Assembly: GCF_018350175.1 (NCBI RefSeq) | Contig: NC_058368.1 | Span: forward strand, 131,690,001 to 131,754,000 | DNA: 64,000 nucleotides | Reading direction: 5' to 3' | Source of the DNA: Felis catus | Taxonomy: Eukaryota | Part shown: one piece after another, positions 51,290-64,000 of the stretch | How the letters are laid out: the number at the start of each line of letters is the position of its first letter | Numbering within the stretch: position 1 is the first letter of the stretch | Position numbers and translations under genes: made by a program | Notes under the pieces: model-generated | What the model saw: the letters and a program-made list of their open reading frames with translations, nothing else | Database searches by the model: none | Told to the model about the DNA's origin: nothing

Positions 51290-52082
51290 GGTCTTCCAGT
51301 GTTTATTCCAAACTCCCACTGATGGTGTGTCAGTGTAGTGCTTCCGGAAGCGACCGGGACAGAGTGAAGCATGCAGCAGGCAAGTGGGTGGTGCAGGGAT
51401 GGAGCAACACCCTGGAAAGATAGGAGAGAAGGAAGCAGGGAAGGGTACAAAAGGATTTTGGACCATGATCCTGATCTGACACCTGTGACAAGAGAGGGGG
51501 AAGGAGTCAGGATTGCTAGGAATACTCTCAGATTTCAATGTGGATAGAACCAACAGCCTCAAGCAACCCAGCAGGAGCTTTGAAGCAAAGATCACTGATG
51601 GTTAATTTTAAGTGTCAATTTAGTAGAGCACAGTACCCATATATCTGGCCAAACATTATTCTAAATGTTCTGTGAAGTCACTTTCAAATGAGGTTAACAT
51701 TCAAATCAGCAGACTTTGAGTAAAACAGATTATCCTCTATAATGTCGGTGGGCCTCATCCAATCAGTTGAAGGCCTTAATAAGAAAAACCTGATTTCCCC
51801 AGAAGACGGAATTCTTCAACAAAATGCCTTTAGACTTGAAATTTATTTTGGTATACAATGTGAAGTAATAGAATATCTTTATATTGGTTTCTTCTTACAA
51901 TTCCTGGCACAGAGCTCCTAAAATCCTTGTAATTTCCTTTTTTGGTATAATTTTGTTCTGATATTTACTCTGTGGACACCTTGAATTCAGACTTCTAGCC
52001 TACTCTAAAGAGAATACATTTTTCAGTATTAAGATACTCATTTAGTGGTAATTTGTTACAGCAGCTATAAGAAACTGATACA
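51290..52082. mobile_element. Abutting LTR fragments: LTR16-like, MLT2 5' half (51596-51840), MER21 start (~51860-51940), MLT1 3' end (~51965-52082)
   Basis: 'tgatggttaattttaagtgtcaa...gggcctcatccaatcagttgaaggcc' (MLT2); 'ttcctggcacagagctcctaaaatccttg' (MER21); 'gtggtaatttgttacagcagctataagaaactgataca' (MLT1). Confidence 0.75.
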
Positions 52083-53993
52083 GCTTTCCATTATTTCCCC
52101 CAAAAGGAAGAGTGCAGCGAATACTTTGGTTGGGGAACCTGATCCGCCCTGAATCAAGATGATATGCTTAAGGTATTATAGAAGGAGAAAGAGTCATCAC
52201 CTCTTAAAGAGCAAAGAAAACCAGAGGTTTCATCTGTCTACTCTTAAAATTGTAAGATTAACCATTTCCATCCTCATGACCTATGATGAGTCTTTAACAG
52301 TAAACAAGTCCTTTATGTACAATATATGCGTTAAGGTTGTCATTTCACATATGAAATCCTCTGGTTTTGTCCTTTGAAATATTCAAGAGTCCCTCTTATT
52401 TTAGTATCCCTCTGTTATTTATCTTTTTTGATCCTTCTATTCTCCCAATTAGCATTTTCAAGGATGAAAAGAAGTCCTTGTTATTGATTTTCTGGTTTTC
52501 TTTGTAGGAGGAGCTAGAAGGCTTTTCTAAACTTTATTCATAAGAGATGGATTTTTTCAAACCATGTTTTGCAGCTTCCAATTTTTATTGTACTGCATTC
52601 AAGATTTTGTTTCTTATCACGTTTTAATATGCATGGTTTCTTACTAAAATGCATTTTCTGTAGTTATTTAAAGTCAGTTTGTTAAATCTGGAATTTAAAT
52701 GTGGCAGTCTCTTATTTTCAGTGTATGCATGCAACCAACACCATTCATTATAGAAGTTGCCTTTTATATGTTTCTGTTTGTCAGGTGTTTTATTTATTTG
52801 TTTGTTTTGAACCTTAATTTTTTTCAGGAACCATTTCTATGAGAGCAACTTCTTTAGAAAATAGAACATTTACAGAGAAATATTTTCGTTGCTGCGTATC
52901 TCCATTTCATTTCTCAGGTTTTTATACACTTTGCATATTAATTGTGAAGTTCAAATTTGATAGCTATTATTATCTACATTATTTTATTTATTGCACCCAA
53001 GTTGATTATTCTCTGTAGCTTTTTTAATGTTTTACTTTTCATCTCCAATATAAAAAGGATATTAAAATTATTTTATACATATATAGACCTTCCCAATTTA
53101 TTTCATTACAAAAGCAGTCCTCTCTTTTTTCCCACAGTTTTTTGTCTTTTGTTTTTTGTGGTTTTTTTTGATGTAAGGATCATTTTTTTTGCAGCTTTAT
53201 TGAGAGATAATCCATATACCATACCTTTCACCCACTTAAAGTGTATATGTCAATGGCTTTTGATTGTGTTTTCCATTCATGATTAACTCCTTGTATAGGA
53301 AGGAAACAGTAATTCTGACCGAAAAGTGCACGGAGGATTGGAGAAGCTGAAGAAGCTATAACTTCGGGTCTGCAAGGGGGCAACCAGTCAGAAGTGAGGG
53401 AGAAACTTTCTCCTCAGATCCCATAGCATTCACCGCAGCATGGTCACCTGGGAAGGACTTCGGCAGCTCCGCCTGGCAGAGGTATGGCCTCCAACAGGAT
53501 TACCAAGAGACAATTTGTACACAGAATGGTGGGATATGTAACCTCTTCGTCTAATCCACTCCCCCAAATGCTGGTAGCCACGATAACACACGTGCGTACT
53601 CACACATACACACACAGAGGAAATTAGCAGATTCTTTTCTGGAAAAAAAATGAACGCCCCAGGGATGGGTCGGGGGGGAAAGACTTCCACAAATGACGTT
53701 TAGTGGTTTCCCAATACAATCTGGCAAGCTCACACTTTGATTCAGATTTTTAGGACTTAACCTTTCCATATGAACAGAGTCAAAGATCACGTTTAAGGAA
53801 TGTTCTTTATGAAAGAGAGACACCATCTCACACACATGCGCACACAGACACACACACACTCCTGGCACTTGGAGAAAATAGAAGGCACACGTACAAGGAG
53901 GGAGAAAGGAATTCAAAGGAGAACAAAACATTGTAGGAGAAAGAAAGCACAATCATACTAAGTGGTTTGCCTTAGTAGCGAAGAATTATAATG

Positions 53994-54214
53994 ATTTTTT
54001 AAAATTTTTTTAACATTTATTTATTTTTGAGACAGAGAGAGACAGAGCATGAACGGGGGAGGGTCAGACAGAGAGGGAGACACAGAATCTGAAGCAGGTT
54101 CCAGGCTCTGAGCTGTCAGCACAGAGCCCGATGCGGGGCTCGAACCCACGGACCGCGAGATCATGACCTGAGCCGAAGTTGGACGCTCAACCGACTGAGC
54201 CACCCAGGCGCCCC
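53994..54214 (-). mobile_element. Relatively young Can-SINE
   Basis: Near-consensus with CpGs retained; TSD tataatgatt. Confidence 0.97.
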
Positions 54215-54425
54215 TATAATGATTATTTTTAATTGCAATGTAATTATATATAATATTGTTATCACAGTGTAAAGGCAGACTAAATAAGGTGATATAACTA
54301 TACGGGGAGAGGAAGGAGGGATAGAAGAATATATTTTTTAAAAATCATTTACACTGTAAATTATAGGTCTAAAATGGATAAATCAATAAATCACAAATAT
54401 ATTATTTTTAAAAAGAGAGGAAAAA

Positions 54426-54632
54426 GGGGCACCTGGTTGGCTCAGTCAGTTAAGCATCTGACTCTTGATTTGGGCTCAGGTCATGATCCCACGGTTCGTG
54501 GGATAGAGCCCTTAGGCTCTATGTTGACAGAGCAGAGCCTGCTCGGGATTCTCTCTCTCTCTCCGTTTCTCTCTGCCTCTCCCTCACTCACACTCTCTCA
54601 CAAAATAATTAAATAAACTTAAAAAAGAATAA
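54426..54632 (+). mobile_element. Can-SINE
   Basis: Head, CT linker, tail. Confidence 0.93.
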
Positions 54633-56155
54633 AGAGTATTGAAAGAAAACATACAGCTATTGTACCTTTGTGAGCATTGCTTAGTTTGTTTTCTGAATTA
54701 CAGTCTATTGAGGGAGAGAAGCAGGGACTTTTGTACTGCCTGCTGTGTAAACTGACCAATCTTTCTAATATTTTTATGTAAACTGGTTACATCCTTAGAT
54801 GATCCCTCAGAGGGGATAAAATTTAGTAATTTCTTGAGAAAATAAACTTTGAAGTTTAAAAAAGAAACCAGGTAACCATTTCTACTGCCAAAAAAGAAAT
54901 AACTTCAAGAGGTGATAATAGTATTTAATTTTCTCAGACACATGTCCATGGCCTTGACCTCCCAGAGGAGGTGGGAGCTGAACCTCTGCCTCCTAGTCCT
55001 GCACCCCCTTCCACATTGTTTGCCTTCTTTCCTTCCCTCCCCTCCCTCTCTCCTCTCCTGTCCCCTCTCCCCTACTGCAACTTTTACCAGCACTGGCCAT
55101 AAGATTACCTGGCAGATTTTTCTTTTCAGGTATACCTCAATGAATAAATAAGTGACAAGTGAAATGGTAAACATTTCTCTGTTCAGACAAAAATGATTTT
55201 TTTTTTAAAAACCCACAAAGACCAAAAGAACTGTATGTATGTTTTTTCACTTGGTTGAGAATTTTGAGTTGGGGAGAAATATCAGCGACACCTAATAATA
55301 AAAGAAGAGTCGACATCCTTGATTCAAAAGAAGAAAAAGGCACAGGTGTATTTTCCAACAGGCTATGGCTGATGAAAACACCGTTTAAGGGCTTCAGACA
55401 ACATGGTCTCTGAACTTCCTGTTCTCCTCCTCAGCACTGTGCCTCCAGATCCAAACGTGATGACTGTAGATAGGATATCTTCCGTCTGATGATCCTTCTG
55501 GCAGGAAAAGAACCTTCAGATCTCTATTTTGGACTTTACACAACTGTTTGTGGCATTATGTCATCTGATTGATGACCTGGTCTTTGTTCCACCTGGCCGA
55601 GAACAGGATTTCCCAGCAGTTTCAAATGTTATCATTTCGCCATGGCAATTCGTGAGAAACATCTACATGACCATTTCATCTGGGATGCTTTAGGCTTTTT
55701 GAGTGGCAAGCTACATGCTTTTCTTTGTGTTTGACAGAATTAAATAATTTCCATATTAGAAAGAGAATGACTGATGTTCTGGAGAAATTCTATGTTAATA
55801 TACATTTACAATGTATCTTCTTATATTTAAGATATCTTCATCTGACATTTTTTTTTATTTCTCTCTCTCTCAATCCCTCTTTCCATTTCGGATAATTCTG
55901 GGATCTACAGAATCATTAGAATTTCCTTCTTCCATTGCTCCTCTCTCTCCTGCTCCATATTTGGGGTCAACATGAAATCAGTCCTGCGACTCTCCCTTTT
56001 CCGAGCTTGTACTGCTTGCTTACACTTGCAAGTGAACTTGTATTTCGTTGAACGACCACGACTTTGCCTTCTTCCTTGTAGGCCCCATGTACCCAGTTTC
56101 AGAGCAGATAGCCACAGAAAAACTAGTGACAACTCTAGTAATCAAGGAGGTGGCT

Positions 56156-56168
56156 GTTGCTAGGCAAC
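56156..56168. promoter_or_regulatory. Candidate RFX X-box GTTGCTAGGCAAC
   Basis: Exact match to GTTRCY-N-RGYAAC in apparently non-repeat DNA; function not shown. Confidence 0.4.
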
Positions 56169-57645
56169 GGAAGGCAAGCAGGATGCCTCGTGCTTGGGTC
56201 TTGGCGGTGTATTTAGGGAGACCTGCCAATCATTGCTTGTCCTCAGGAGACCAGTTTAGGGTGCAGGTGTAGGGTGGCCCCGGAACGTGGAGATTCAGCA
56301 CTAGCTCTGGAGGCCTGTTTGCAGCTCATCAGGTCCTTCCCTGATGCCTTATTCTGAGAATGGGGTTCCTGGGGCCTCAGTAAACATCTCTTTTCCCCCA
56401 GTATGTTCTCCTTTCCCCTCCTGATACATTTTAGTTCTGGGGAGAGCTTGCTCACAGGCCCCAGTCTTAACCCCATCCTGTGAACAGACACCTCAGTAAT
56501 GATAGTACTGCCTTCCAGCTATGTTGCCTGCCTTAGCTTCACCACCTCTGAGTCCCCCACCTGTTGGGGACTTCCTATATTCTCGCTGGCTGGTGACTAA
56601 CAGTGATCACGTCCCAGCTCCTTCCTGGACCCCACCCACTTTTGGCCCTGCCCAACTGCAAAGGTCTACTACAAGGCCCCATCCCCCATTCCTCCTGCCA
56701 CCTGCAATCCTTTCCCCACATATACCTCAAGTTCTAATGTCCATGCCTCTCTGATAAATCCTGAGGCATGATGTTACTATCTATTTCTGCCTTGTTTTGA
56801 TGCTCTTATTTTGAACATTTGTTCTGAACATGGAGGCCCACACAGATGCTTTGAGCATAGGCTAGAGCACAAGGCCCAGACCGTGTACGAAGTATCAGAG
56901 GGTTTCTAATTTACAAGTGGGTTTTGTTCCCCCAGAAAAGTCTATTTGTAAGACAACAATTGAGTCCACAGGAACAAACACTCAGAGTCAATGCTATAAA
57001 TCATAGTTGGGCTTTTGTATTAGCCTGCAAAAAGTCTCTTTGATAACGTCACACTCAAGGATTATTGCAACTCTGACAAAAACTGTTTCTGTGAAGCAAC
57101 AGAATTGGGGCTCTAACTACCAGTTCCAGAACCAAGGCCTTGAGCCCCAGCAGCCGAAAAGGACACCTCACTAGTTTCTATCACGGGCGGGTGGTATCGG
57201 AAAGGCATTGCTGGAAAACAAAGAGTTCACGACACCTGCAGTAGGAATGGAAAGCTTAAAAGCAATTTGAACTTAGTTATTGCTACCAAAGCTGGGGAGT
57301 GGGGAGCCTATCCAGCAGAGAACAGGAGGTAGAGAGACAGCAAACTAACGTGACCCAGGATGATCAGAGGGGGATTTGCTGTATCAAACCTGGGACAGAA
57401 CAAACCTGGGACACGAGCAAGATTATGAAGAAGGGAGATTTAAGGAGTGGTAAAAACCTATGTGACTCTCTGCCCAGAACCTTCTTTGCAAAAACTGTTC
57501 CCTACTCCCTACCAGTAACCACAACCCTGCCATTGCAGCCTGGAGCCACCAGGGTAATTCAGTGACGGTACATGAACCAAATAGATTAGACAGTTGGAAG
57601 ACTTTTCACCTTCCCAGGAGTTTGATTTTAAGATTGGTAGAACTG

Positions 57646-57831
57646 GGGGCACCTGGGTGGCTCAGTCAGTTAAGCGACCAACTTTGGCTCAGGTCATGAT
57701 CTCACGGTTCTGAGCGCTGACAGCTCAGAGCCTGGAGCCTTCTTTGGATTCTGTGTCTCCCTCTCTCTCAGCCCTTCTCCTGCTCTCTCTCTTTCTCTCT
57801 CTCTCTCTCTCAAAAAAAAAAAAAAAAAAAA
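57646..57831 (+). mobile_element. Can-SINE with B-box deletion
   Basis: 'ctcacggttc' joined to 'tgagcgctgacag'; TSD ggtagaactg/ggcagaactg. Confidence 0.93.
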
Positions 57832-59118
57832 GGCAGAACTGAGGTACTCTCAATATACCTGAATGGAACATACACAAATTTGGGAACTGTGGGTTGGCAT
57901 GTTCTGCCATGTGGCCATGGAACAAAGAAAACTGGTTGCAGCAGAGAGGAACTAATTCCTCTGTTCATTCATTCATTCAGGAAGAGAGGTACGGAAAGGC
58001 AGAGGAAGGGAACCAATGTTTCATGAGAGCTTGGTATGTACCAGACAGATTACACAGAGGCTGCAGAGAAAACAGACAACCATTTAGGAATGGATGGTAG
58101 AGTCAATGGGGGTTGGGGGAGAAAATTTAGTTGTGATGACTAATTTGGTACAACCTGGGGTCAGAGGCCAAGGCCATACCTTGGCTGTTTGGGGTATCCA
58201 TCCCGGGGTCCCAGTCCTACCATTAAAGGAGACTTTTTCTTCTCTTGTTGAGTGCAGCAAAAGAGAACCTCCATGGATAACTTGTGAGAATTAGTAACTT
58301 GCTTTCTATATGCACCTAAGAAAAATTAACCATCTGGCTTGAATAGCTACAGTGTTCTGGAGGCAAACTGGGCAGTGTTGAGAAGAGAGCATCCTGAGAC
58401 AGAATCTCCAACAATATGTAGAGTGAGTTAAGCACCTTGCATAACATTATGCACAATTGGGTACTTCATGGTTTAATTGATGAATATTGTCTTACAAAAA
58501 TATAATCTTTTTGTCATCTTGAAAGCAACACCATCACCCACATAACACAAAATAACATGTTATACTGACAAGGCTACAGAACAATAATATAATCAGTGAT
58601 GAGTACTGTCATATTCCACTAAAATGAAGCCAAATTATAATTAACAAACTCAGTGACTCAAGTGGAATATCATATTTCTAAGCTTGTGTGAGTTGAGTAC
58701 TATAAATGAAATCGTTTTTACTTCTCTACATTGATAGTACTCATCAGAATTCCTGCTTAAATACAATTCCATGGTACTCTTGACTAATGTGGCAAGATAA
58801 CCCAAGAGAAAAATTAACTGCATTTCATGTTTCTACAGTCTCAAGGCGAAACAATGAAATACACTATTCCAAATTCCCTGTTCCCATTCGGACCCACCAC
58901 CTTCTAATGATACACACATTAAACCTGTCCAGGAAGGGTGAGAGGAAGGGCAGTGGGCTGACCCAGCACTGGAATAAGGAGGTGGATGGCAGCTGCTGAT
59001 GACCCCCACTGTGCCTATAGCAAGGCAGAAGGGGCTATTGTATCCCATGCCCAGAAGCCATGGAAGCTGCCCCAGTGACTACATTGGGCAGACTCGCCAC
59101 CTTTAAACAGACCTTCTT

Positions 59119-59345
59119 GGGGCGCGTGGGTGGCTCAGTTGTTGGAGCATCCAACTTCGGCTCAGGTCATGATCTCACAGTTGGTCAGTTTGAGCCCTGT
59201 GTCAGGCTCTGTGCTGACAGCTCGGAGCCTGGAGCCTGCTTTGGATTCTGCGTCTGCCTCTCTCCCTGCCCCTTGCCTACTCATACTCTGTCTCTCTCTG
59301 TCTCTCAAAACATGAATAAATGTTAAAAAAAAAAATTAAAGAAAA
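59119..59345 (+). mobile_element. Can-SINE
   Basis: Perfect TSD TAAACAGACCTTCTTG (59104-59119 and 59346-59361). Confidence 0.97.
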
Positions 59346-60423
59346 TAAACAGACCTTCTTGCCAAGCACAGTGGCACCTATAGTGGAATGGACACAGACC
59401 AGGGGTATAGGTAGCACATTTGATATCAGGAACTGAGACTTCTTTTTTTTTTTTTTTTTTTTTGACATCCTTACCTCCAGATGCCAAAAATTTTCAAGAA
59501 CTAATCACAAAATAATAACAATTTTCTTGATGATTCATTCCCTAGTTTCAAAACAAACAGTTAATTTAAAATACAAAATTTCAATTTGGAAGTTACTACG
59601 AAAATTCAGTAGATAAAGAGGCTCTAACCAAAGGAAAATATGGTGCATTGCAGCTTGCACTCTGATTCACTGTTTAAGTTTTAAACACAAATAAAAATTC
59701 CAAGATGTCATATAGAATGGAAGAATTGAAGTAGCTGATGTTCTGTTTCTTCATCTGTCTAATCAGTGTGTTATCTCTGCTTCTTCTGAATTGAATCTAC
59801 TCGAACAGAAAAGTGCAGGAATGTGGAACATCACAGGGATTCACTCAAATGATTCCTAATCTTTAGCAATTTATAGCTAAACAAATGTGTATGACTGATG
59901 TCTCTATGGCAGTGGGGGTGGGGAACAGGGATGAACTGAGTAACTGAAGATTCTTCTAACTGAAGTCCGTCTAGAATGAAATATTTATTAAAGGATAAGG
60001 GATAAAAAGTGCCAATTAATAAACACTCAATGATATTCAAAGCAATTGTTTCGAATTTTTATCCACAGAGATTTGTTTCATGAAGGACTTTCTATCACCA
60101 ACTGTTTAAAATTGCCAGTGCCCGATGATACTAAAAAGAACAACTTTTTAATCAGCATTATTATTCTTAATCACCTACAAAAATGCACCCCCTAATTGCC
60201 ATGACCGGGGGCAGATTGTTCCCACTAGCCCACTCTTGGTACTCATGAAATTGGCTAGAATTACATAATCTCGCCAGAACATTTCCCATTCCAGGGGGAG
60301 AGGAAAAGGCCTCGCAAAACGTAACTGAGACTAAATATCCCACCTACACTGGTGTTTGCAACAGATTTCATTTGATTTTAAGAAATGATTCTGACCTGAG
60401 TGTTGCCAAGTAATTTGTATCAG

Positions 60424-60468
60424 ATAATATAATATAATATAATATAATATAATATAATATAATAATAT
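60424..60468. repeat. (ATAAT)n microsatellite
   Basis: Read directly. Confidence 0.95.
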
Positions 60469-60513
60469 TGCCATAGTATAACTAATATAAGTGATATGTG
60501 CTTAAGCACTTGG

Positions 60514-60751
60514 TTTTTTCTTTTTTTTTAATTTTTTTAATGTTTATTAAGTTTTGAGAGACAGAAAGAGGGAGAGGGAGACAGAGCAGGAGCAGGGGAA
60601 GGGCAGAGAGAGGAAGACACAGAATCCAAAGCAAGCTCCAGGCTCTGAACTGTCAGCACAGAGCCCGATGTGGGGCTCAAACCCACGAACTGCGAGATCA
60701 TGACTTGAGCCAAAGTCAGATGCTTAACTGACTGAGCCACCCAGGTGTCCC
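60514..60751 (-). mobile_element. Can-SINE
   Basis: Reverse body; TSD cttggttttttc/cttgtttttttc. Confidence 0.95.
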
Positions 60752-63017
60752 TTGTTTTTTTCTAAATAACGAATCCAAGCATTTCTATTTTTTTCTTCCG
60801 GTAAAACACAGGGTAGTAAAATTTTAAAAAATGTATACTATCCTAGAACTTAGTAACAATTTTTTAATCTAGATAATTCTCCTACCAGAAAGCTTTGTCC
60901 AGGTATGGGAAAACATTTTCTTTTCCCTCTCCAACTTGGCAGTCGCCACAAGTGTTCCAGGCCCGAAAATTCCTCAGCCTGTTTTTGCCCAGGTTGTACG
61001 ATTATCCGATATCATATAAGTGGTAATGAAAAGCATTTCTTGGCTTTAGTTCCACTCACTATTTCAGCTCTTCCAGTCCTTTCCCATCTTCCCAATTACC
61101 TGCATTTATTAGTAGATGAGTTCAGAGGGGGCAGCTAATTTCTGCAAGCAAATAAACCCTCTTAGCCTTCATCCACTCTGAGATCTCTACTGCCCCTAAA
61201 AGCCTTGAGGCCATCTAACGCCACCTCTGCTGCCACAATGGCCCTCTGCTTCCACTGACACACCCATGTCACCTCCACAGAGCGGCTCCTGTCCCAGCTG
61301 TTTGCCATAGCCAGCACTGGTACAGTGGCTTAGGTTAGGCTTGACTTATGAGACGCCTATAGACATTTGAATATTGGTAGCAACACTTGAAATCCAACCA
61401 AAGTTAAGAACACAGACACTTTATTTGAGCAGGAGAATAAGGAAAGAATGTTCCCCAGGAAGCAGGAAGAATCTGGGAGGGCCAAGAGGCAGTCTCAGGG
61501 CTCGCTACATAGAAAACACGATTATTTCTCCTGGGAGGAGCACCTCTCCCCGAGGCACCCAAACTTTCCGGCCAGGAAAGCCCACCCCCCCCATCCTTGA
61601 CTCCCAGACATATGAAATCTGCAGACAAAGAGGCAGAATCAGAGTAAATACTGATTTAGACTAGTTTCTCCTGTCATACGCATCAGACAGAGCCTTGGTA
61701 GACTGACCATCAATTTTGTCCTTGGGAAATGCTGGTTCCATGAACTAAATCTGAAGGTTTTGACGTATTAGCTACCCCACTTCTGCCACTTTCTAGGATC
61801 CACCTGCTCCAGACCACTCATTCCCTCCATCCTCACAGCCTCTAGCTGAACCGGTGCCACTGCTGTCCTTACACCAGACCCCGAGAACACAAACAGCAAG
61901 TTCTGCTTTAATCTGGGAGAAGGGGGAAGGAAGAGTTACTCTTTGTGATAACATCTGATTCACATTGAATGCTGAGTGAGGGTCTTTCCTTTTTTCTTGG
62001 TGGGGGGAGGGCAGCTTAAACAGTGACTATTAAAAGTAGGTTAATAATTGTTAAATGTAGGGTTCTATAAGAGAAAACCTCTTAAAATTACAAAATAACA
62101 CACTGACAAATGAAACTCAAATCAAACTGCCTCCTCACATGAGGACCAGTCTCTTTTTCCTCTCCTTATATATGGAGAATTTCAGGGAAGGGGGTGGGGT
62201 GGGGCGGGGGACGCTCAGAAATCAGCGTCTGGGCTGTGAGGATACAGTAACCTTGTCTCACTTCTGTCTCCCTCCCCGTGACCAAAGCAAGACCCAGAGC
62301 CCTTAGGAGCTGGGAAAGAGTCTTCTCTCAGCTCAAGTCATGAGGGTTACACGGTAAGACACGCTTTCAGAGGCACATTTCTATCATTGGTTGGTGACAG
62401 CGGCCACTTCCCGATGAAGGGCTATTTATTTGTCTTCCCACCCAGTAGGGGCTGTGAGAAGGGAGAGGAGGTGACTGGGGACTTGTGATTTACCTCTGTT
62501 AGTGGAGTCCCTTAAGGCTGGCTGGGTTCCTTAACTCTGCACTGGTTTAGTTGTATTCTTCACCCCGGGGGCACGAACTCTTCGATTATCTTTGCATGGT
62601 GATGCTCACCTCAAAGAAGAAGGATGTAAATCAGCCATATCCACTGGGCCATGAGCCAGGAGCTTTTGTAGTTTATTCATGGGCCAGAATGTTCACCCAG
62701 TATGTTCAGGTCTTAGATCAAATCTGACGGTTCTTTCCACATCAGATTCTGTCTTCTGGTTCTACCCTACAGCTTCTTCAGGAAGAAAGCCTGTTCTTGG
62801 CCAGGGACCCTTCCTTTAGCAGTAGCTGACATTGAGAGTCCCAGCATGGATCCCAGCAAGTCCATTCTCTTAGGTGAGGGGGTACTCTGGGGATACTTCT
62901 GAACTTTATAAACAAAAATATAAATATAAAAAGTAAATAATATGTAACTTTATGCATATACAATAGACATGGATAGTGTATACACACATACAAAAAACAT
63001 ACTTCATAGTATACACA

Positions 63018-63144
63018 GGGACGCCTGGGTGGCTCAGTTGATTAAACATCCAACTCTTGGTTTCCACTCAGGTCATGATCTCGCAGTGTCATTAGTTCAA
63101 GACCCACATCAGGCTCCACGCTGAGAGCGTGGAGGCTGCTTGGG

Positions 63145-63193
<49 letters not shown>

Positions 63194-63220
63194 ATAAATA
63201 AATAAACTTAAAAAAAAAAG
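63018..63220 (+). mobile_element. Can-SINE
   Basis: Head, long (CT)n, tail; TSD agtatacaca/agtatacaga. Confidence 0.95.
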
Positions 63221-63274
63221 AGTATACAGATGCATATCCTTTCACAAATCATTGGAGGGGGCCAGGAGCAGAAA

Positions 63275-63490
63275 AGGAGGTATGGTTCACCAGTTAAGGC
63301 TTTTAAGAAACACAGCAGGGGTTACATTCCTACTCTGCCTCTTGCTAACCACTGGACCTTAACTTCTCTGTTCCTCAGTTTACTCATCTCTGAAGAGGAG
63401 CAAACCCTGAGGCTTAAGTGACATAAGACATGTGAAGCGGTCATGACAGCAACTGGGACATGAAGAATGGTCACTAGGTGGTAACCGTTA
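63275..63490 (+). mobile_element. MIR SINE
   Basis: 'cttaacttctctgttcctcagtttactcatctctgaag'. Confidence 0.7.
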
Positions 63491-63697
63491 GCATTCGTTT
63501 TGTGTGGATGTGGTGGGGATCTTGTCATGGGAGGTAATGAGGAGGTATTGTAAGGCCACACAGGGGAGTAAGGACGGTGTTAGATAACTTCCTAACCTAC
63601 ATTGCTGATGGGGTTCACCACCATTCCCCATGGCACTGTAGCATTCCACATTAATGGTGCTTCACAGCTGCTGTCTGATGTCTGATGCTGCTGCTGA

Positions 63698-63702
63698 CTT
63701 TT

Positions 63703-63758
<56 letters not shown>

Positions 63759-63772
63759 TTCTTTCTTTCTTT
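63698..63772. repeat. (CTTT)n microsatellite
   Basis: Read directly. Confidence 0.95.
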
Positions 63773-64000
63773 CAACACTTGGGATGGTTTATTTCTTCTG
63801 AGACTCTGGCAGATACACACATGAACTTGTATTTACAAAACTAAAAATAATCCACTAATAGAGGTAAATCACAAGTCCCCAGTCACCTCCTTTCCCTTCT
63901 CACACTCCCTACTGTATGTGGTTATGTAAATTACATCTTTTTTGAGTGCCTATTGGTTACTCCATTCCCTAGAGGAAGTCACAGTTATTAGCAGGTGTCT

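Overview
Mammalian nuclear DNA, almost certainly a felid, judged from 22 tRNA-derived Can-SINE (SINEC_Fc-type) copies, two of which look very young. No protein-coding gene, RNA gene, CpG island or prokaryotic-type system is recognisable. The ORFs I can trace come from SINEs, LINE-1, LTRs or microsatellites; the rest are short and unrecognised. The window looks like repeat-rich intergenic or deep intronic sequence. Its main structure is a ~6 kb decayed minus-strand ERV-L-class provirus (~10.7-16.7 kb) retaining LTR ends and RT and dUTPase remnants. It was later interrupted by an MLT1 LTR, an unexplained ~600 bp segment, a younger 463 bp solo LTR and an (AAG)19 tract. Other items worth checking are a MADE2 MITE with a perfect 22 bp hairpin, an RFX X-box in unique DNA and a speculative three-exon minus-strand small ORF. 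I found no convincing previously undescribed biological system. Family names come from recalled consensus sequences, not a database search, and old-repeat boundaries are approximate.
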